This document shows, piece by piece, positions 10,160-20,568 of a DNA stretch of 64,000 bases. Under the pieces are notes generated by a model. The model saw nothing but the letters and a program-made list of their open reading frames with translations. It was not told the DNA's origin and ran no database searches. Location: assembly GCA_039190745.1 (NCBI GenBank), contig JBCCXZ010000009.1, positions 15,874 through 79,873 of the forward strand. The letters run 5' to 3'. The first letter of the stretch is position 1. Every line of letters begins with the position of its first letter. The stretch comes from Planctomycetota bacterium (lineage in GTDB: Bacteria; Planctomycetota; Planctomycetia; Pirellulales; Lacipirellulaceae). Both the position numbers and the translations under genes were made by a program.

Positions 10160-11722
10160 TTAGAGTTGAACCGGCTGCGGGACCTCCCTCACGATCGCGA
10201 AGTCCCATTCGAATCGGTCGTTGTAAGAGACGCCGCTGGGGCCGACCGCGATGTAGATCCAGTCGTCCTTTTGCAGGTCGCCTAGATCACCGCGGAAGCG
10301 GAGCAGGCCGTTGGCGTTGCAGGTTTCCTCGATCACGTCGGGGCGGTCGTTCACACGGACCCGGAGGTCGACGAACTGATTGGCGAGTTCGTTGCGCGAT
10401 TCGGCCCGGACGAGCCAACCGGACTCAATGCTGTAGACCCCAGATTGCGGGACCTGGAAGGCGGCGACGACGTAATGGTCGGTGTCGTCCTTGGTCTGGT
10501 CTCTGCCCTGGCCGGGGTGCCCGCCGCGGTAGGAGAAATTCGCCGCTCCGAGCCGGCTGCCGGCGATCCGGCCCGCGGTCCCGTTGGGGTCGTAGACCTC
10601 GCGGTCGGGGTCCCAGAGGAGTTCGCGGTAGCCGCTGGAGTCGGAGACGTCGGCGAAAACATTGGCGTAGTAGCGCCAGCGGCCTTCGAGGCGTTGCTTG
10701 TCGGGGGCGCCGGTGACAAAGTCGCGGCGGTACTTCGCGACGACTTCAACTTGGCTGTGGTCGGGCCGCTCGGGCAGGCGTTGCGAGAGCCGCTTCCACC
10801 GCTCGTCGTAAGTGCGGTCGACGATGCCGCGGCCGTTGGCGCTGACCGCGTCGCCCGCGGTGAGCCTGCGGTTCTCGGCGAGCAGCGACGGGGTGTCGTC
10901 GTCGCTACCGCCGAACAGCTCGACCTCGCCCTTGGCGACGCCGACGTTCACCTCTTGGTCGGTGGTGACCTCAACGACAAACTCCGTGCCGCGGTCGACG
11001 ACTTCAAGCTTCGGCGTGTCGATACGAAAACCATCGGCCCAAGGAGGCACGACCGCGGCGAGCTTGCCGTGATCGAGCTCGCCCAACGAGGTCGAAACCG
11101 GGCAGAACTTGGCGGGGCCTTCCAGCACGACAACGGCGCCTTGCCCGAACTCGATCTCAAGAACCCCCGACTGGAACTCGATGCAGTGGTGACTGCGGAG
11201 GAGCTCGCCGACGGCGGCCTGCCGGCTGCCTTCTTTCCAGACAACGTCGTCGGCGCGATTCAGGATCGCGGTGCCGTCGAAAAGGTGCGCCAGAGCAGCC
11301 GGACGCTGCGGAGCCTGGACTAGCTCTTCAGCGGGGCGAGAGAGGTAGAGGCTGCCGACCAGAGTCAACAGGGTGACGGCCGCGGCCATAGCGGCTCCGC
11401 GGAAGCCCCAAGTGGGCTGGCTCGGTCGATCCGCCGCGGCGTTAGACCGCGACGCTGCGCTTTGGGAAGAAGGAGAGGCGTGGGAATCGGCTGAAACCAC
11501 CGAAAGCTCCGTCGGCGGAGCGGCTTCGGGGTCGAAGGGGCCCACGGGCGACGCCTGGGCTACCAACAGCCCGATCAGGTCGGTGTGCAGGGCCGCCCAG
11601 TTCAAGTAATGCTGCGCCGCGGCGGGGTCATCGGCCATGAGCGATTCCAGCTCGGCGACCTCATCATCGGTCGCACGGCCAGAACACACGCGTTCGCAAA
11701 GGGTGGAGAGTTCGGTCGTCAT
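10160..11722 (-). CDS. FecR-domain anti-sigma factor
   Basis: Start MTTELST overlaps the sigma stop codon (ATGA); one TM helix; GAVVVLEGPA, VVDRGTEF, GEVE FecR motifs. Confidence 0.85.
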   Translation of the reverse strand: MTTELSTLCERVCSGRATDDEVAELESLMADDPAAAQHYLNWAALHTDLIGLLVAQASPVGPFDPEAAPPTELSVVSADSHASPSSQSAASRSNAAADRPSQPTWGFRGAAMAAAVTLLTLVGSLYLSRPAEELVQAPQRPAALAHLFDGTAILNRADDVVWKEGSRQAAVGELLRSHHCIEFQSGVLEIEFGQGAVVVLEGPAKFCPVSTSLGELDHGKLAAVVPPWADGFRIDTPKLEVVDRGTEFVVEVTTDQEVNVGVAKGEVELFGGSDDDTPSLLAENRRLTAGDAVSANGRGIVDRTYDERWKRLSQRLPERPDHSQVEVVAKYRRDFVTGAPDKQRLEGRWRYYANVFADVSDSSGYRELLWDPDREVYDPNGTAGRIAGSRLGAANFSYRGGHPGQGRDQTKDDTDHYVVAAFQVPQSGVYSIESGWLVRAESRNELANQFVDLRVRVNDRPDVIEETCNANGLLRFRGDLGDLQKDDWIYIAVGPSGVSYNDRFEWDFAIVREVPQPVQL

Positions 11723-12249
11723 CCCGGGCGACCCTCTCTCGCGATGGTCGACTCGATGCAGTTGAAGAGCGCTTTGCGGATGCGGCTGATCGAGTTGTAG
11801 ACGCCCGCGGCGGGGCGTTGCAGCTCGTCGGCGATCACGCGGATCGTCTTGTCCAGCGAGTAGCACTTGGTGATGAGGTCGCGGTCTTGGTCGCTGAGCT
11901 TCCCCAGGCAGCCGCGGAGCGCGACGCGGCGTGCTTCGCGGATGTCGTCGTCAATCGTGGCCTGCGTCTGGGCGAGCAGTTCCATCATCGAAGAGCTAAA
12001 AATCGTCTTGCGGTGACGCGACTGGAAGTAGTTCAGGGCGCAATTCTTGGCGATCTTGCAGGCCCAGGCGGAGAAGTTCGTGCCGGGGGTGTACTGATCG
12101 AAGTGCTCCCAGAGCTTGATTACCGTCTGCTGCATCAGGTCTTCCGCGTCCTCTCGGTGGCAGACCAGTGCGTAGAGGTAGCCGAATACCTTGTAGTGGT
12201 TCTCGGTGAGCAGTTCCAAGAATCGCTCGTTCGCGGTCTCGTCAGGCAT
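11719..12249 (-). CDS. ECF RNA polymerase sigma-70 factor (Rhodopirellula/Verrucomicrobium type)
   Basis: DAEDLMQQT..LWE, GTNFSAWACKIA, region 4 HTH (VYNSISRIRKALFNCI). Confidence 0.92.
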   Translation of the reverse strand: MPDETANERFLELLTENHYKVFGYLYALVCHREDAEDLMQQTVIKLWEHFDQYTPGTNFSAWACKIAKNCALNYFQSRHRKTIFSSSMMELLAQTQATIDDDIREARRVALRGCLGKLSDQDRDLITKCYSLDKTIRVIADELQRPAAGVYNSISRIRKALFNCIESTIAREGRPG

Positions 12250-13054
12250 ACTGCAGGGGCTCTTGTCGGTCTGGACGATCGCGGCTTTGAGGTTCGAGCT
12301 GCTCGTCTTTCGGCGCTCTCGTCGCCGCGGTGCACCGTGTGTAACGCCCAGGCCTTGGTTGATGGCTTTCTGCATCGGTTGGGCGTTGAATCTGGGTCTG
12401 ACTAAGTCACAGCCGAAAGCTGCTGGGCTGAATAGGGCCGACGCGAAAAGGCATCGTTTTGCGATGCTTACCGGCGGCTGTTGCCTCTCATGACCTATAT
12501 AGTTGGCAAGGGGCCAAAAGCTAACGCGAGAAATCGTCAGAAAAGCGTTCGGCGAGAAAACCCCGATTAAGCCGGAGCGTTTCTCGACCCTTTCTCAAGT
12601 CCTTAGCGTAAGTTGCGCGCAATCACCGACGCGCATGCGGGTCCACGCACATCGTATTGGCCTGCTGACAAGAGAACTGACAGGGGGCTTCTGTCAGAGG
12701 GTTCTCTTGTGTTGGTTGGAAGGCATCGAAGCGCTCGTTTCGAGCCGCCAGTTATCGAGAGGCTCTCTTCGTCTAACTCTCTCTTGCGCGGCAACTCGCC
12801 CGCACCTCACGGCGTTGTCCGATTTCGGTCGTGCGCGAGCGTGTTGGTTTGCAAAAAAGCGACTTCTCTCTTTGGATCTCTTTGAGACAGCCTCTCTCCT
12901 TCGCCCACGCGAATCCAATCAACCTCACTGGTAAGGCCGTGCGGAATGAACGCCGGGCAATTACCATGTCGGAGCAAGCTTCATAGGCTTACCTTCTCTT
13001 CGCTTCGCACGCCCGGACACGGGCACACTGCTATTCAACCGGTGCAACGACGAC

Positions 13055-14605
13055 ATGATTCGCTTCCGCTGCCTCATCGCACTGTTCTGTTTCGCTTTGT
13101 GCACGGCGGTGCGGGCGGAGATCGGCCCGCCAAACATTGTCATCGTCTACGCCGACGACGTTGGCTACGGTGACTTGGGCTGCTACGGCGCCACGGGCAT
13201 CGAGACGCCCGAGCTCGACAAGCTCGCAAGCACGGGCGTCCGCTTCACCTCGGCTTACGCGAGCGCATCGACCTGCACGCCCTCCCGCTACTCGCTGCTC
13301 ACCGGCGAGTACGCCTTCCGGAACCGCGACGCGGTGATCCTGCCGGGCAACGCTCCGCTAATAATCGACCCCGCAAAGCCGACGCTGGCTTCGGTGCTGA
13401 AGTCGGCCGGCTACGCAACGGGTCTGGTCGGCAAGTGGCACCTGGGCCTCGGCCTGCCCACCGAGCAACTCGACTGGAACGGAGACATCGCCCCCGGCCC
13501 CCGGGAGTTGGGATTCGATTACTCATTCCACATGGCCGCCACGGGCGACCGCGTTCCGACGGTGTACATCGAGAACGGCAGAGTGGCCGGGCTCGACCCC
13601 GACGACCCCATCGGGGTGAGCTACACCGACCCCATCGGCAACGAGCCGACCGGGCTGTCGCACCCGCACCTGCTGAAGACTCAGGCGGACGAGCAGCACG
13701 CGAAGACAATCGTCGACGGCACCAGCCGTATCGGGTACATGACCGGCGGGCAATCGGCCCGCTGGACCGACGAAGAGCTTCCCGACAGGTTCCTGCAGAA
13801 GGCGGTGCAGTTTATCGAGCGGCGCCGGGACGAACGCTTCTTCCTGTACTACGCGACGCACGAGAATCACGTCCCGCGTGTGCCTCACCCGCGGTTCCGC
13901 GGCTCCAGCGGGGTTGGGGTCCGGGGCGACGCGGTTGTGCAGATGGATTGGGGGGTCGGCGTCATCCTGCAGAAGCTCCGCGAGTTGGGCCTCCGGAAGC
14001 GGACGCTGGTGATTTTCTCCAGCGACAACGGGCCGGTGCTGTTCGACGGTTACTACGACGGGGCGGCTCAACAGAACGGCGACCACAGGCCGGCCGGCCC
14101 GTTCCGGGGCGGGAAGTACTCCGCTTGGGAAGGTGGCACGCGGCTGCCGCTGCTGGTCTCGTGGCCGGGCACGGTCAAGCCGGGCCTCTCGGACGCGCTC
14201 GTCAGCCAGGTCGACCTCCTGGCGAGCCTCGCTGCACTGGCCTCTGCCGACGTGCCGGCCGGCGGCGCGCCGGACAGCGTCGATCTAGCCGACGCCCTGC
14301 TGGGCAAGTCAGACCTCGGACGCGATGCGTTGGTGCAGCAAGGCGTGAAGCTGAAAGCCCTCCGTCAAGGCCCGTGGAAGTACCTGCCCACGGGGGCTGT
14401 GCGGAACCGCGGCAGGATCGGGGAGTTCTATAAGGAGGAGATCGAAGGGCCGGGGGCGTTGTTCTACCTGCCGGAAGACCCCGGTGAGCAAAACAACCTC
14501 GCGAAGGCCTACCCATGGCGGGCGCGGCAGATGCGGGAGAAGCTCGAAGAGCTCGTTGCCGAGGAGCCGTCGGGCCTCCCCAACAAAGGGGAACTTGGTT
14601 TCTAG
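13055..14605 (+). CDS. Arylsulfatase-family sulfatase
   Basis: Signal peptide, PNIVIVYADDVGYGD, CTPSRY, GKWHLG, SSDNG. Confidence 0.93.
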   Translation: MIRFRCLIALFCFALCTAVRAEIGPPNIVIVYADDVGYGDLGCYGATGIETPELDKLASTGVRFTSAYASASTCTPSRYSLLTGEYAFRNRDAVILPGNAPLIIDPAKPTLASVLKSAGYATGLVGKWHLGLGLPTEQLDWNGDIAPGPRELGFDYSFHMAATGDRVPTVYIENGRVAGLDPDDPIGVSYTDPIGNEPTGLSHPHLLKTQADEQHAKTIVDGTSRIGYMTGGQSARWTDEELPDRFLQKAVQFIERRRDERFFLYYATHENHVPRVPHPRFRGSSGVGVRGDAVVQMDWGVGVILQKLRELGLRKRTLVIFSSDNGPVLFDGYYDGAAQQNGDHRPAGPFRGGKYSAWEGGTRLPLLVSWPGTVKPGLSDALVSQVDLLASLAALASADVPAGGAPDSVDLADALLGKSDLGRDALVQQGVKLKALRQGPWKYLPTGAVRNRGRIGEFYKEEIEGPGALFYLPEDPGEQNNLAKAYPWRARQMREKLEELVAEEPSGLPNKGELGF

Positions 14606-14628
14606 ACTTTTTCTTGAGTACTTATCCT

Positions 14629-16077
14629 ATGCCGTCGCTCTTCTCACGATGCCTGTTGGCTTGCTTCCTCGTTAGTCTCCTGTCCCCGATCGCGGCAGCG
14701 CGACCGAACATCCTGCTGATCCTGGCGGACGACATGGGGTACGGCGACTTGGGCGTGATGGGCAGTGAGACGGTGCGCTCGCCGCACCTGGACGAGCTCG
14801 CGCAGAGCGGCGTCCTCTGCACGCAAGCCTACGTGGCGAGCGCAGTCTGCTCTCCTTCGCGGGCCGGGCTCGTGACTGGCCGCGACCCGCGCCGCTTTGG
14901 GTACGAGGGCAACCTCAACGAAACCGCCAACGGGTACGCCGCCCGGCCGGAGCTGCTCGGCCTGCCGCGGCAAGAGCACACGCTGGCCGACCACCTGAAG
15001 GCCGTCGGCTATCGCACCGCGCTCGTCGGCAAGTGGCACTTAGGAACCGGAGACGGGTTCCACCCCAACCGTCGCGGCTTCGACTACTTCTGCGGCATGC
15101 TGGGCGGCGGGCACAACTACTTCCCCAAGCCGAGCAGGAACCGACTGGAACGCAACGGCGAACCGCTTCAATCGTTTTCGAGCCCGTACCTAACCGACTT
15201 CTTCACCGACGAGGCGGTCGATTGGATTTCACTTGCATCGGTTGACGAAGACGACTCGCCTTGGCTGATGTATCTGTCGTACAACGCCCCGCACACTCCG
15301 ATGCAAGCGACCGAAGAAGACCTGGCGGCCTGCGAACACGTTGCCGACCCGGGTCGCCGGACCTACGCCGCCATGATGCTCGCACTCGACCGGGGCGTCG
15401 GCCGCGTCGTGCGGCGGCTCGACGAACTCGGCGAGCGGGAGAACACGCTGATCGTTTTCCTCTCGGACAACGGGGGGGCGACCAACAACAGCAGTTGGAA
15501 CGGGCCCTTGAGCGGCGCCAAGGGGAGCCTGCGGGAAGGAGGCATCCGCGTGCCGATGATCTGGAACTGGCCGGGGCGGATCGACGCCGGTCGGGTCGAA
15601 GACGCCGTGGTTTCGAGCTTGGACCTCCTCCCTACGTTCCTGGCCGCCGCAGGCGGGAAGCCGCTCCCGCTGAAGGCGCCACCGAGCTACTACGACGCCA
15701 AGAACGAACAGATAGCCCGCCGCAGGCTGGGGCACTACGACGGCGTCGACCTGATGCCGGTCTTGGAGAAAAGCGCGGCCGTTAGCGACCGGACTCTGTT
15801 CTGGCGCCTCCAGGGCCAGGCGGCCATTAGGCGGGGCGACCTTAAGCTCGTCCGGCTCTCGCACCGGCCAGCGGACCTCTTCCAGGTTGAGAGTGATCCC
15901 GCTGAGCAAACAAACCTCGCGGGCTCCGCTCCCTCCGAGAGAGAACGGCTCCTCGCGGAACTCGGCGAGTGGGAGTCGCTGCGCCCGACCGTTCCGATCT
16001 GGGACTCGTCCCCCAGGTGGCACGCGGACAGCGCGCGGATCTACGACAACTGGCAACCGAGGGACGAGCCTCAGTGA
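14629..16077 (+). CDS. Sulfatase
   Basis: Likely start MPSLFSR; PNILLILADDMGYGD, CSPSRAG, GKWHLG, LSDNGG. Confidence 0.93.
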   Translation: MPSLFSRCLLACFLVSLLSPIAAARPNILLILADDMGYGDLGVMGSETVRSPHLDELAQSGVLCTQAYVASAVCSPSRAGLVTGRDPRRFGYEGNLNETANGYAARPELLGLPRQEHTLADHLKAVGYRTALVGKWHLGTGDGFHPNRRGFDYFCGMLGGGHNYFPKPSRNRLERNGEPLQSFSSPYLTDFFTDEAVDWISLASVDEDDSPWLMYLSYNAPHTPMQATEEDLAACEHVADPGRRTYAAMMLALDRGVGRVVRRLDELGERENTLIVFLSDNGGATNNSSWNGPLSGAKGSLREGGIRVPMIWNWPGRIDAGRVEDAVVSSLDLLPTFLAAAGGKPLPLKAPPSYYDAKNEQIARRRLGHYDGVDLMPVLEKSAAVSDRTLFWRLQGQAAIRRGDLKLVRLSHRPADLFQVESDPAEQTNLAGSAPSERERLLAELGEWESLRPTVPIWDSSPRWHADSARIYDNWQPRDEPQ

Positions 16078-16151
16078 AGCACTGCTGAGCAAGGCCGCAC
16101 ACCGGGGAGCGGGGGGTGTGAACGCCGTTTCTTGTGCTCGATTGGCGACGA

Positions 16152-16745
16152 CTACTCCGCGGCGAGCGCGGCCTCGATCGCGGCGACCAGTTTCGCGTCG
16201 TCCGGTTTCGTACGGGGGCTGAACCGCGCGGCGACGCTGCCTTCTCGGTCGACCAGAAACTTCTCGAAGTTCCAGCTGATCTTTCCCGGTCCCTGCGGCT
16301 TGGTTTCAAGTCCGGTCAGGTACTGGTACAGCTCATGGGCGCCCTCGCCGTTGACTTCGATCTTCTCGAACAGGTCGAACGTCACGCCGTAGTTCTTCTT
16401 GCAGAACTCTTGGATCTGATCCGCCGTGCCGGGTTCTTGCCCCATGAACTGGTTGCAGGGGAACCCCAGGACCACGAAGCCGTCGTCGCCGTACTTCTCC
16501 TGCAACGCCTGCAGGCCTTCGTACTGCGGCGTGAGGCCGCAGCGGCTGGCGACGTTCACAATCAACAGCGTCTTGCCGCGGTACTCCTCGGCGAGGTTGA
16601 CCGGCTCGCCCGCGAGAGAATTGATCTCGAAGCCAAACACCGCGGGCTTTGTTTCTGTGGACTCTTTCTTTGCCTCGGCGTTTGCTGAGTGCCCGAGATT
16701 GAGGGCAAGGCAAATCGCGGCGAGGAGGGCGGCTTTGGGCATCAT
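16152..16745 (-). CDS. Cys-type glutathione peroxidase family protein with signal peptide
   Basis: NVASRCGLT, LGFPCNQF, WNFEKFL motifs. Confidence 0.93.
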   Translation of the reverse strand: MMPKAALLAAICLALNLGHSANAEAKKESTETKPAVFGFEINSLAGEPVNLAEEYRGKTLLIVNVASRCGLTPQYEGLQALQEKYGDDGFVVLGFPCNQFMGQEPGTADQIQEFCKKNYGVTFDLFEKIEVNGEGAHELYQYLTGLETKPQGPGKISWNFEKFLVDREGSVAARFSPRTKPDDAKLVAAIEAALAAE

Positions 16746-17227
16746 ATTCTATCCGTACTTAGGGTTTGATGGTTCTCTGGCTTGGAGACCGCTAACCGTG
16801 CCTGCGGTTCACTCCGTTGCTACTGGGCCGGCAGCCGCGGCTGTCGGCAGTTTAAGGCGCCGGAACGGGCGACACGACGGGGAGACTGTCTGCTTGGGGC
16901 TTCCGAAGTCGAGGAACCACTCCCGCGTTGACTCGGCACACGCACCAGCGACTAAGGCCGAACAACAGTCAGTCTGGTGAGCGAGATAAACGCCGCGACC
17001 GAGTGGGTTGACGCTTTGGTCGAGCTGCTCGAGCCGCTGTTGGGGGATGGTTGACCCGGCGGTTTTGGCCCGCCGAGGCCGGTTCCGCGTTGCGGGGACA
17101 TAACGGGTTGTTTTGTCGGAGCTGGTCTGGGATTCCCCAGCGACGCGTAGCGTCGCGGCTATCTGCGGGCGGACAGAACGGACGGTGTTTTGGCGTGGGG
17201 CCGTTTGCAGAAGTCGTTGTCTTCTGA

Positions 17228-17370
17228 CCGCAGCGGCGGGCGTCAGGTGCTGCGTTTACCGGTTGGCTGCGCCGGCGCAACGGTCAAAACGCGGGCGGGT
17301 TCTGCGTGAGGCTCTTGGGCTTTTCTGGACGGAACAGGGGTATCACCCGGAGGCGCAAGGAGGGCGTGTC
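17228..17370 (+). repeat. Imperfect ~140-bp direct repeat, copy 1
   Basis: ccgcagcggcgggcgtcaggtgctgcgtt...ggggtatcaccc..aggagg aligns with 19961-20102. Confidence 0.85.
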
Positions 17371-17654
17371 CGTCGCTAGGCGAAGCACTGACGGCTGGCT
17401 GCTTGTCTGTGAGTTATCAAGGAGCGGTCGCTGTGGATCGGGTACCTGTATACCCGATCAGGTGGCCGTTTTCTACAAGAAACCGCGGCGCCTTCGTTGG
17501 CCCAGAGGCCCAGGGGAGGGTAATGGTGAACACTCCTACTCCGGCGCCCGCTTCGCATGCCGGGGGCAGGTCCGTGTTCGGCTCGTTGGGCGAAGCACTG
17601 CCGTAGGCCGGATCGCCGGTAGCGTGCCGCACCGGAACGGAAAACTGTGGTCCG

Positions 17655-19457
17655 TTAGACGCCTGCGCCCGGAGCGCCAAACACGGGCACGGGCGACCAG
17701 TCGGGCAACGCCTGTAGTGGCTCCGGGGCGTGGGCTTCAAAGTCCCCTTTGGCGTGCACCACTTTGCCGCCCGTAAGCGTAAGATCGGCTTCAATCTCGG
17801 TGATCTCCTCCTCGGGAACGGCAAAGTAGTCGCGATCGAGCACCGCGAAATCGGCGAGCTGCCCGGCCTTGATCTGCCCCTTCTTGCCTTCCTCTCTGCT
17901 GAACCAAGCAGCCGCTGCGGTCCAGTGACGCAGTGCGTCGTGCCGGTCGAGCCGATCGGCAGGCGCCCATATCATGTCGCCGCCACGCCCTCTCCCCGAA
18001 ACCGCCCAGTGGATCGCGAGCCAAGGGTTGTAGGAGGAGACCCTCGTCGCATCGGTGCCCGCGGCGAGTGGCGTACCCGAGGCCATCATCTTCTTGACGG
18101 GCATCACCTTGCGGAGCGCGTCCTCGCCGTAACGGTCGCGGTAGGCAGTCGTCTGGAACGCGATTCGGTTTTGGTAGCTGATGCCGCCTCCCAGCCGCGC
18201 CACCCGCTCCATCGTGGCCTCGGTGATTGTCTCGCCGTGGTCGAAAATCCAATGCAACTCGTCCAGGCCACGATCACGCCCCGCGTCCTCGATGACGCTC
18301 AGAAGCCGATTCGCGCTCTCCTCATACGTGCAGTGGAAACGGATCGGCCAGCGGTTGTCGAAAAGGAAGTCCAACACCGGACGCAGGTCGCCCTCCATCC
18401 GCTTTGGAAGTTCGGGGCGTGGATACGAAAAGTCCTCAAAGTCGTACGCCGACGCGACCAGCATCTCTCCGGCCCCGACGCACCTCAAGAAGTCATCGCC
18501 CTGGTCTGGTTTGACGATGTCGTTCCATCGCTTGAAGTCTTGCAACTCGAACAACGGCCGCTGGGCGAACAGCTGGTAGCCGATGCGCACCGTCTGCTCG
18601 CCTCGGCGGTTGAGTTCGGTAATAACCCCGTAATCGTCCGGGTAGTTTAAGAACCCGCCGGCACAATCGAGTGCCGACGTAAGCCCGAGACCGTTCAGAG
18701 CCCGGAAGTAGTGCTTCGTTGAGGTGATCTGCTGCTCGAAGTCCAGCTTCGGAGCCATGTCTAATAGGGCGTACAATGGCTGGGCGTTCGGGCGAGCCAT
18801 AGCGAGGCCTGTGGGACGCCCTTGGTCGTTACGCTCCAGCCGGCCAGAGACAAAGGGCTCGTAGTAGTGCCGATCAATCCCAAGCGCACGCAACGCTGCG
18901 GCGTTGAGCCACGCGCGGTCGTAGAGGTGGAGGACGTAGACTGGGACATCCGGCGACACCGCGTTGATCTCGTCGAGCGTTGGCAGCCGCTTCTCAGCGA
19001 GTTGATCGACCGACCACCCCCCAACAACGCGAATCCACTGGCCCGGCGGTGTCCGCTGCGCCTGACGCTCCAGCATCCGCAGACCCTCTGCCAGCGACGG
19101 GACGTGGTCCCATCGCAGCTCCATCGCGAAATTGTTGCCTTGCCGGATAATGTGCGTGTGGCTGTCGATCAGCCCCGGGATGACTCGGTTGCCCCGGAGA
19201 TCGATGGTCTTGGTTTGTGGTCCGGCCAGCCTGAGCAGGTCCTTGTCGGAACCGACTGAGACGATCGTCGAGCCCGATACGGCAATGGCCGTCGCGTCGG
19301 GCTGCGCCGGGTCCATTGTCGTGACCTTTCCGTTGATGAGAATCTTGTCGGGTTCTCGGCCAATCGCTAGCGCGGCGCCGGCATCGCTATAACCCATCAA
19401 ACCAACGGCCCCAGTCGCCACGGTAGTCTCGATGAACGTTCGCCTGGACATCGTCAT
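17655..19457 (-). CDS. TAT-exported amidohydrolase-3 family (YtcJ/NfdA-like) metal-dependent hydrolase
   Basis: Start MTMSRRTFI (twin-arginine motif); PGLIDSHTH, DHGE, AGTDA, GQLADFAVLD. Confidence 0.88.
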   Translation of the reverse strand: MTMSRRTFIETTVATGAVGLMGYSDAGAALAIGREPDKILINGKVTTMDPAQPDATAIAVSGSTIVSVGSDKDLLRLAGPQTKTIDLRGNRVIPGLIDSHTHIIRQGNNFAMELRWDHVPSLAEGLRMLERQAQRTPPGQWIRVVGGWSVDQLAEKRLPTLDEINAVSPDVPVYVLHLYDRAWLNAAALRALGIDRHYYEPFVSGRLERNDQGRPTGLAMARPNAQPLYALLDMAPKLDFEQQITSTKHYFRALNGLGLTSALDCAGGFLNYPDDYGVITELNRRGEQTVRIGYQLFAQRPLFELQDFKRWNDIVKPDQGDDFLRCVGAGEMLVASAYDFEDFSYPRPELPKRMEGDLRPVLDFLFDNRWPIRFHCTYEESANRLLSVIEDAGRDRGLDELHWIFDHGETITEATMERVARLGGGISYQNRIAFQTTAYRDRYGEDALRKVMPVKKMMASGTPLAAGTDATRVSSYNPWLAIHWAVSGRGRGGDMIWAPADRLDRHDALRHWTAAAAWFSREEGKKGQIKAGQLADFAVLDRDYFAVPEEEITEIEADLTLTGGKVVHAKGDFEAHAPEPLQALPDWSPVPVFGAPGAGV

Positions 19458-19805
19458 AGGTTTAGACCTTATTGAAAACCAGCTTGCAGGAATGGGTTTG
19501 CACGACGCGAGGCCCGACACAATATGAAGGTACCGATAGTGGCGAAGGATGCAACACAAGCGGAACAGAAGATTAAGCAACGGCGTGACCACCCAACCGG
19601 GCGTCAGCACAACTTACGCCGACAGAAGGCCCGAGGACACGAGCGGAGGCAACACTGCGGCAACTACAGCTAAACAGAGAACGACGTTTGTGTGTATCTC
19701 AGAACCTGCATTCGCTAGCTAAACGAAAGAGGGGGTTTCTCCTTAGGCGTCTCTGAATGGAGGCCTTTTTTCACAGCGGATCGATCCCGCTCCGGGGCGG
19801 GGTCC

Positions 19806-19975
19806 ATGATGGAACCCGCAATCGAAGACCTGCAAGCCGAGCTCGGCGACGGGCTGTGGCTGCTGATCGCCGACCTGTTCGCCAACCCCGCGCCAGGCCC
19901 GCGGTGCGGCCGCCCGGTGGCCGACCCACGCGGCTGCTTCGAGGGCCTGGTGTGGATCCTCCGCAGCGGCGGGCG
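19806..19975 (+). pseudogene. Truncated IS5-family (DUF4096-type) transposase N-terminal fragment
   Basis: ELGDGLWLLIADLF..GRP..DPRGCFEGLVWILRSG resembles the IS5 N-terminus; similarity stops at the repeat and no DDE domain follows. Confidence 0.65.
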
Positions 19976-20102
19976 TCAGGTGCTGCGTTCACCGGTTGGC
20001 GGCGCGGGCGCGCAGTCAAAACGCAGGCGGGTTCTGCGAGAAGCTCTTGGGCTTCCCAGGGCGGAGCAGGGGTATCACCCAGAGGCACAAGGAGGGTGCG
20101 TC
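19961..20102 (+). repeat. Imperfect ~140-bp direct repeat, copy 2
   Basis: Aligns with 17228-17370. Confidence 0.85.
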
Positions 20103-20568
20103 ACGAGCTGCATGTTGCGGGGGTTGCCCGCAACCTGGACCTGATCGGCGATCCAGTGCGTCTGGTGCAAGAACAACGGCGTGTTCGCTAGGCGGTTGTC
20201 GTGAATCTGAGTGTCCGGCAGGGGCACGATTGGGCAGGCGTCGGAGGCCCGTGCTGTTTGCATCGAGGTGTGGAGCACGAGCAAGGCGCAGCCGATCCGG
20301 ACCAGAGACCTCTGAGGCGGTATGGTACAACCGTCCGTTGTATGATTGAGCAGAACGCAACCCGCGGGGCCCGTATCCAACCGAGATGGGGAGCCGGCCC
20401 AAAGCGCCGTGCCCCGCCGACTTGAATCGGACAGGGCCAAGAGAGTCGTGCCGATACGGCTTGCCTGACGGCCCTGCCACGCGCTGGGAAGTTCTCCACG
20501 GTCGACCGCCACGTTCCATCACTATCCGCTATCACAAGTCCTTCCGTCGGGGCCGTCACGCGAACCGA

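Noticed and set aside
19740..20144. Intact IS5 element
   Set aside because: Only ~55 aa of N-terminal similarity, with no DDE domain or recognisable terminal repeats
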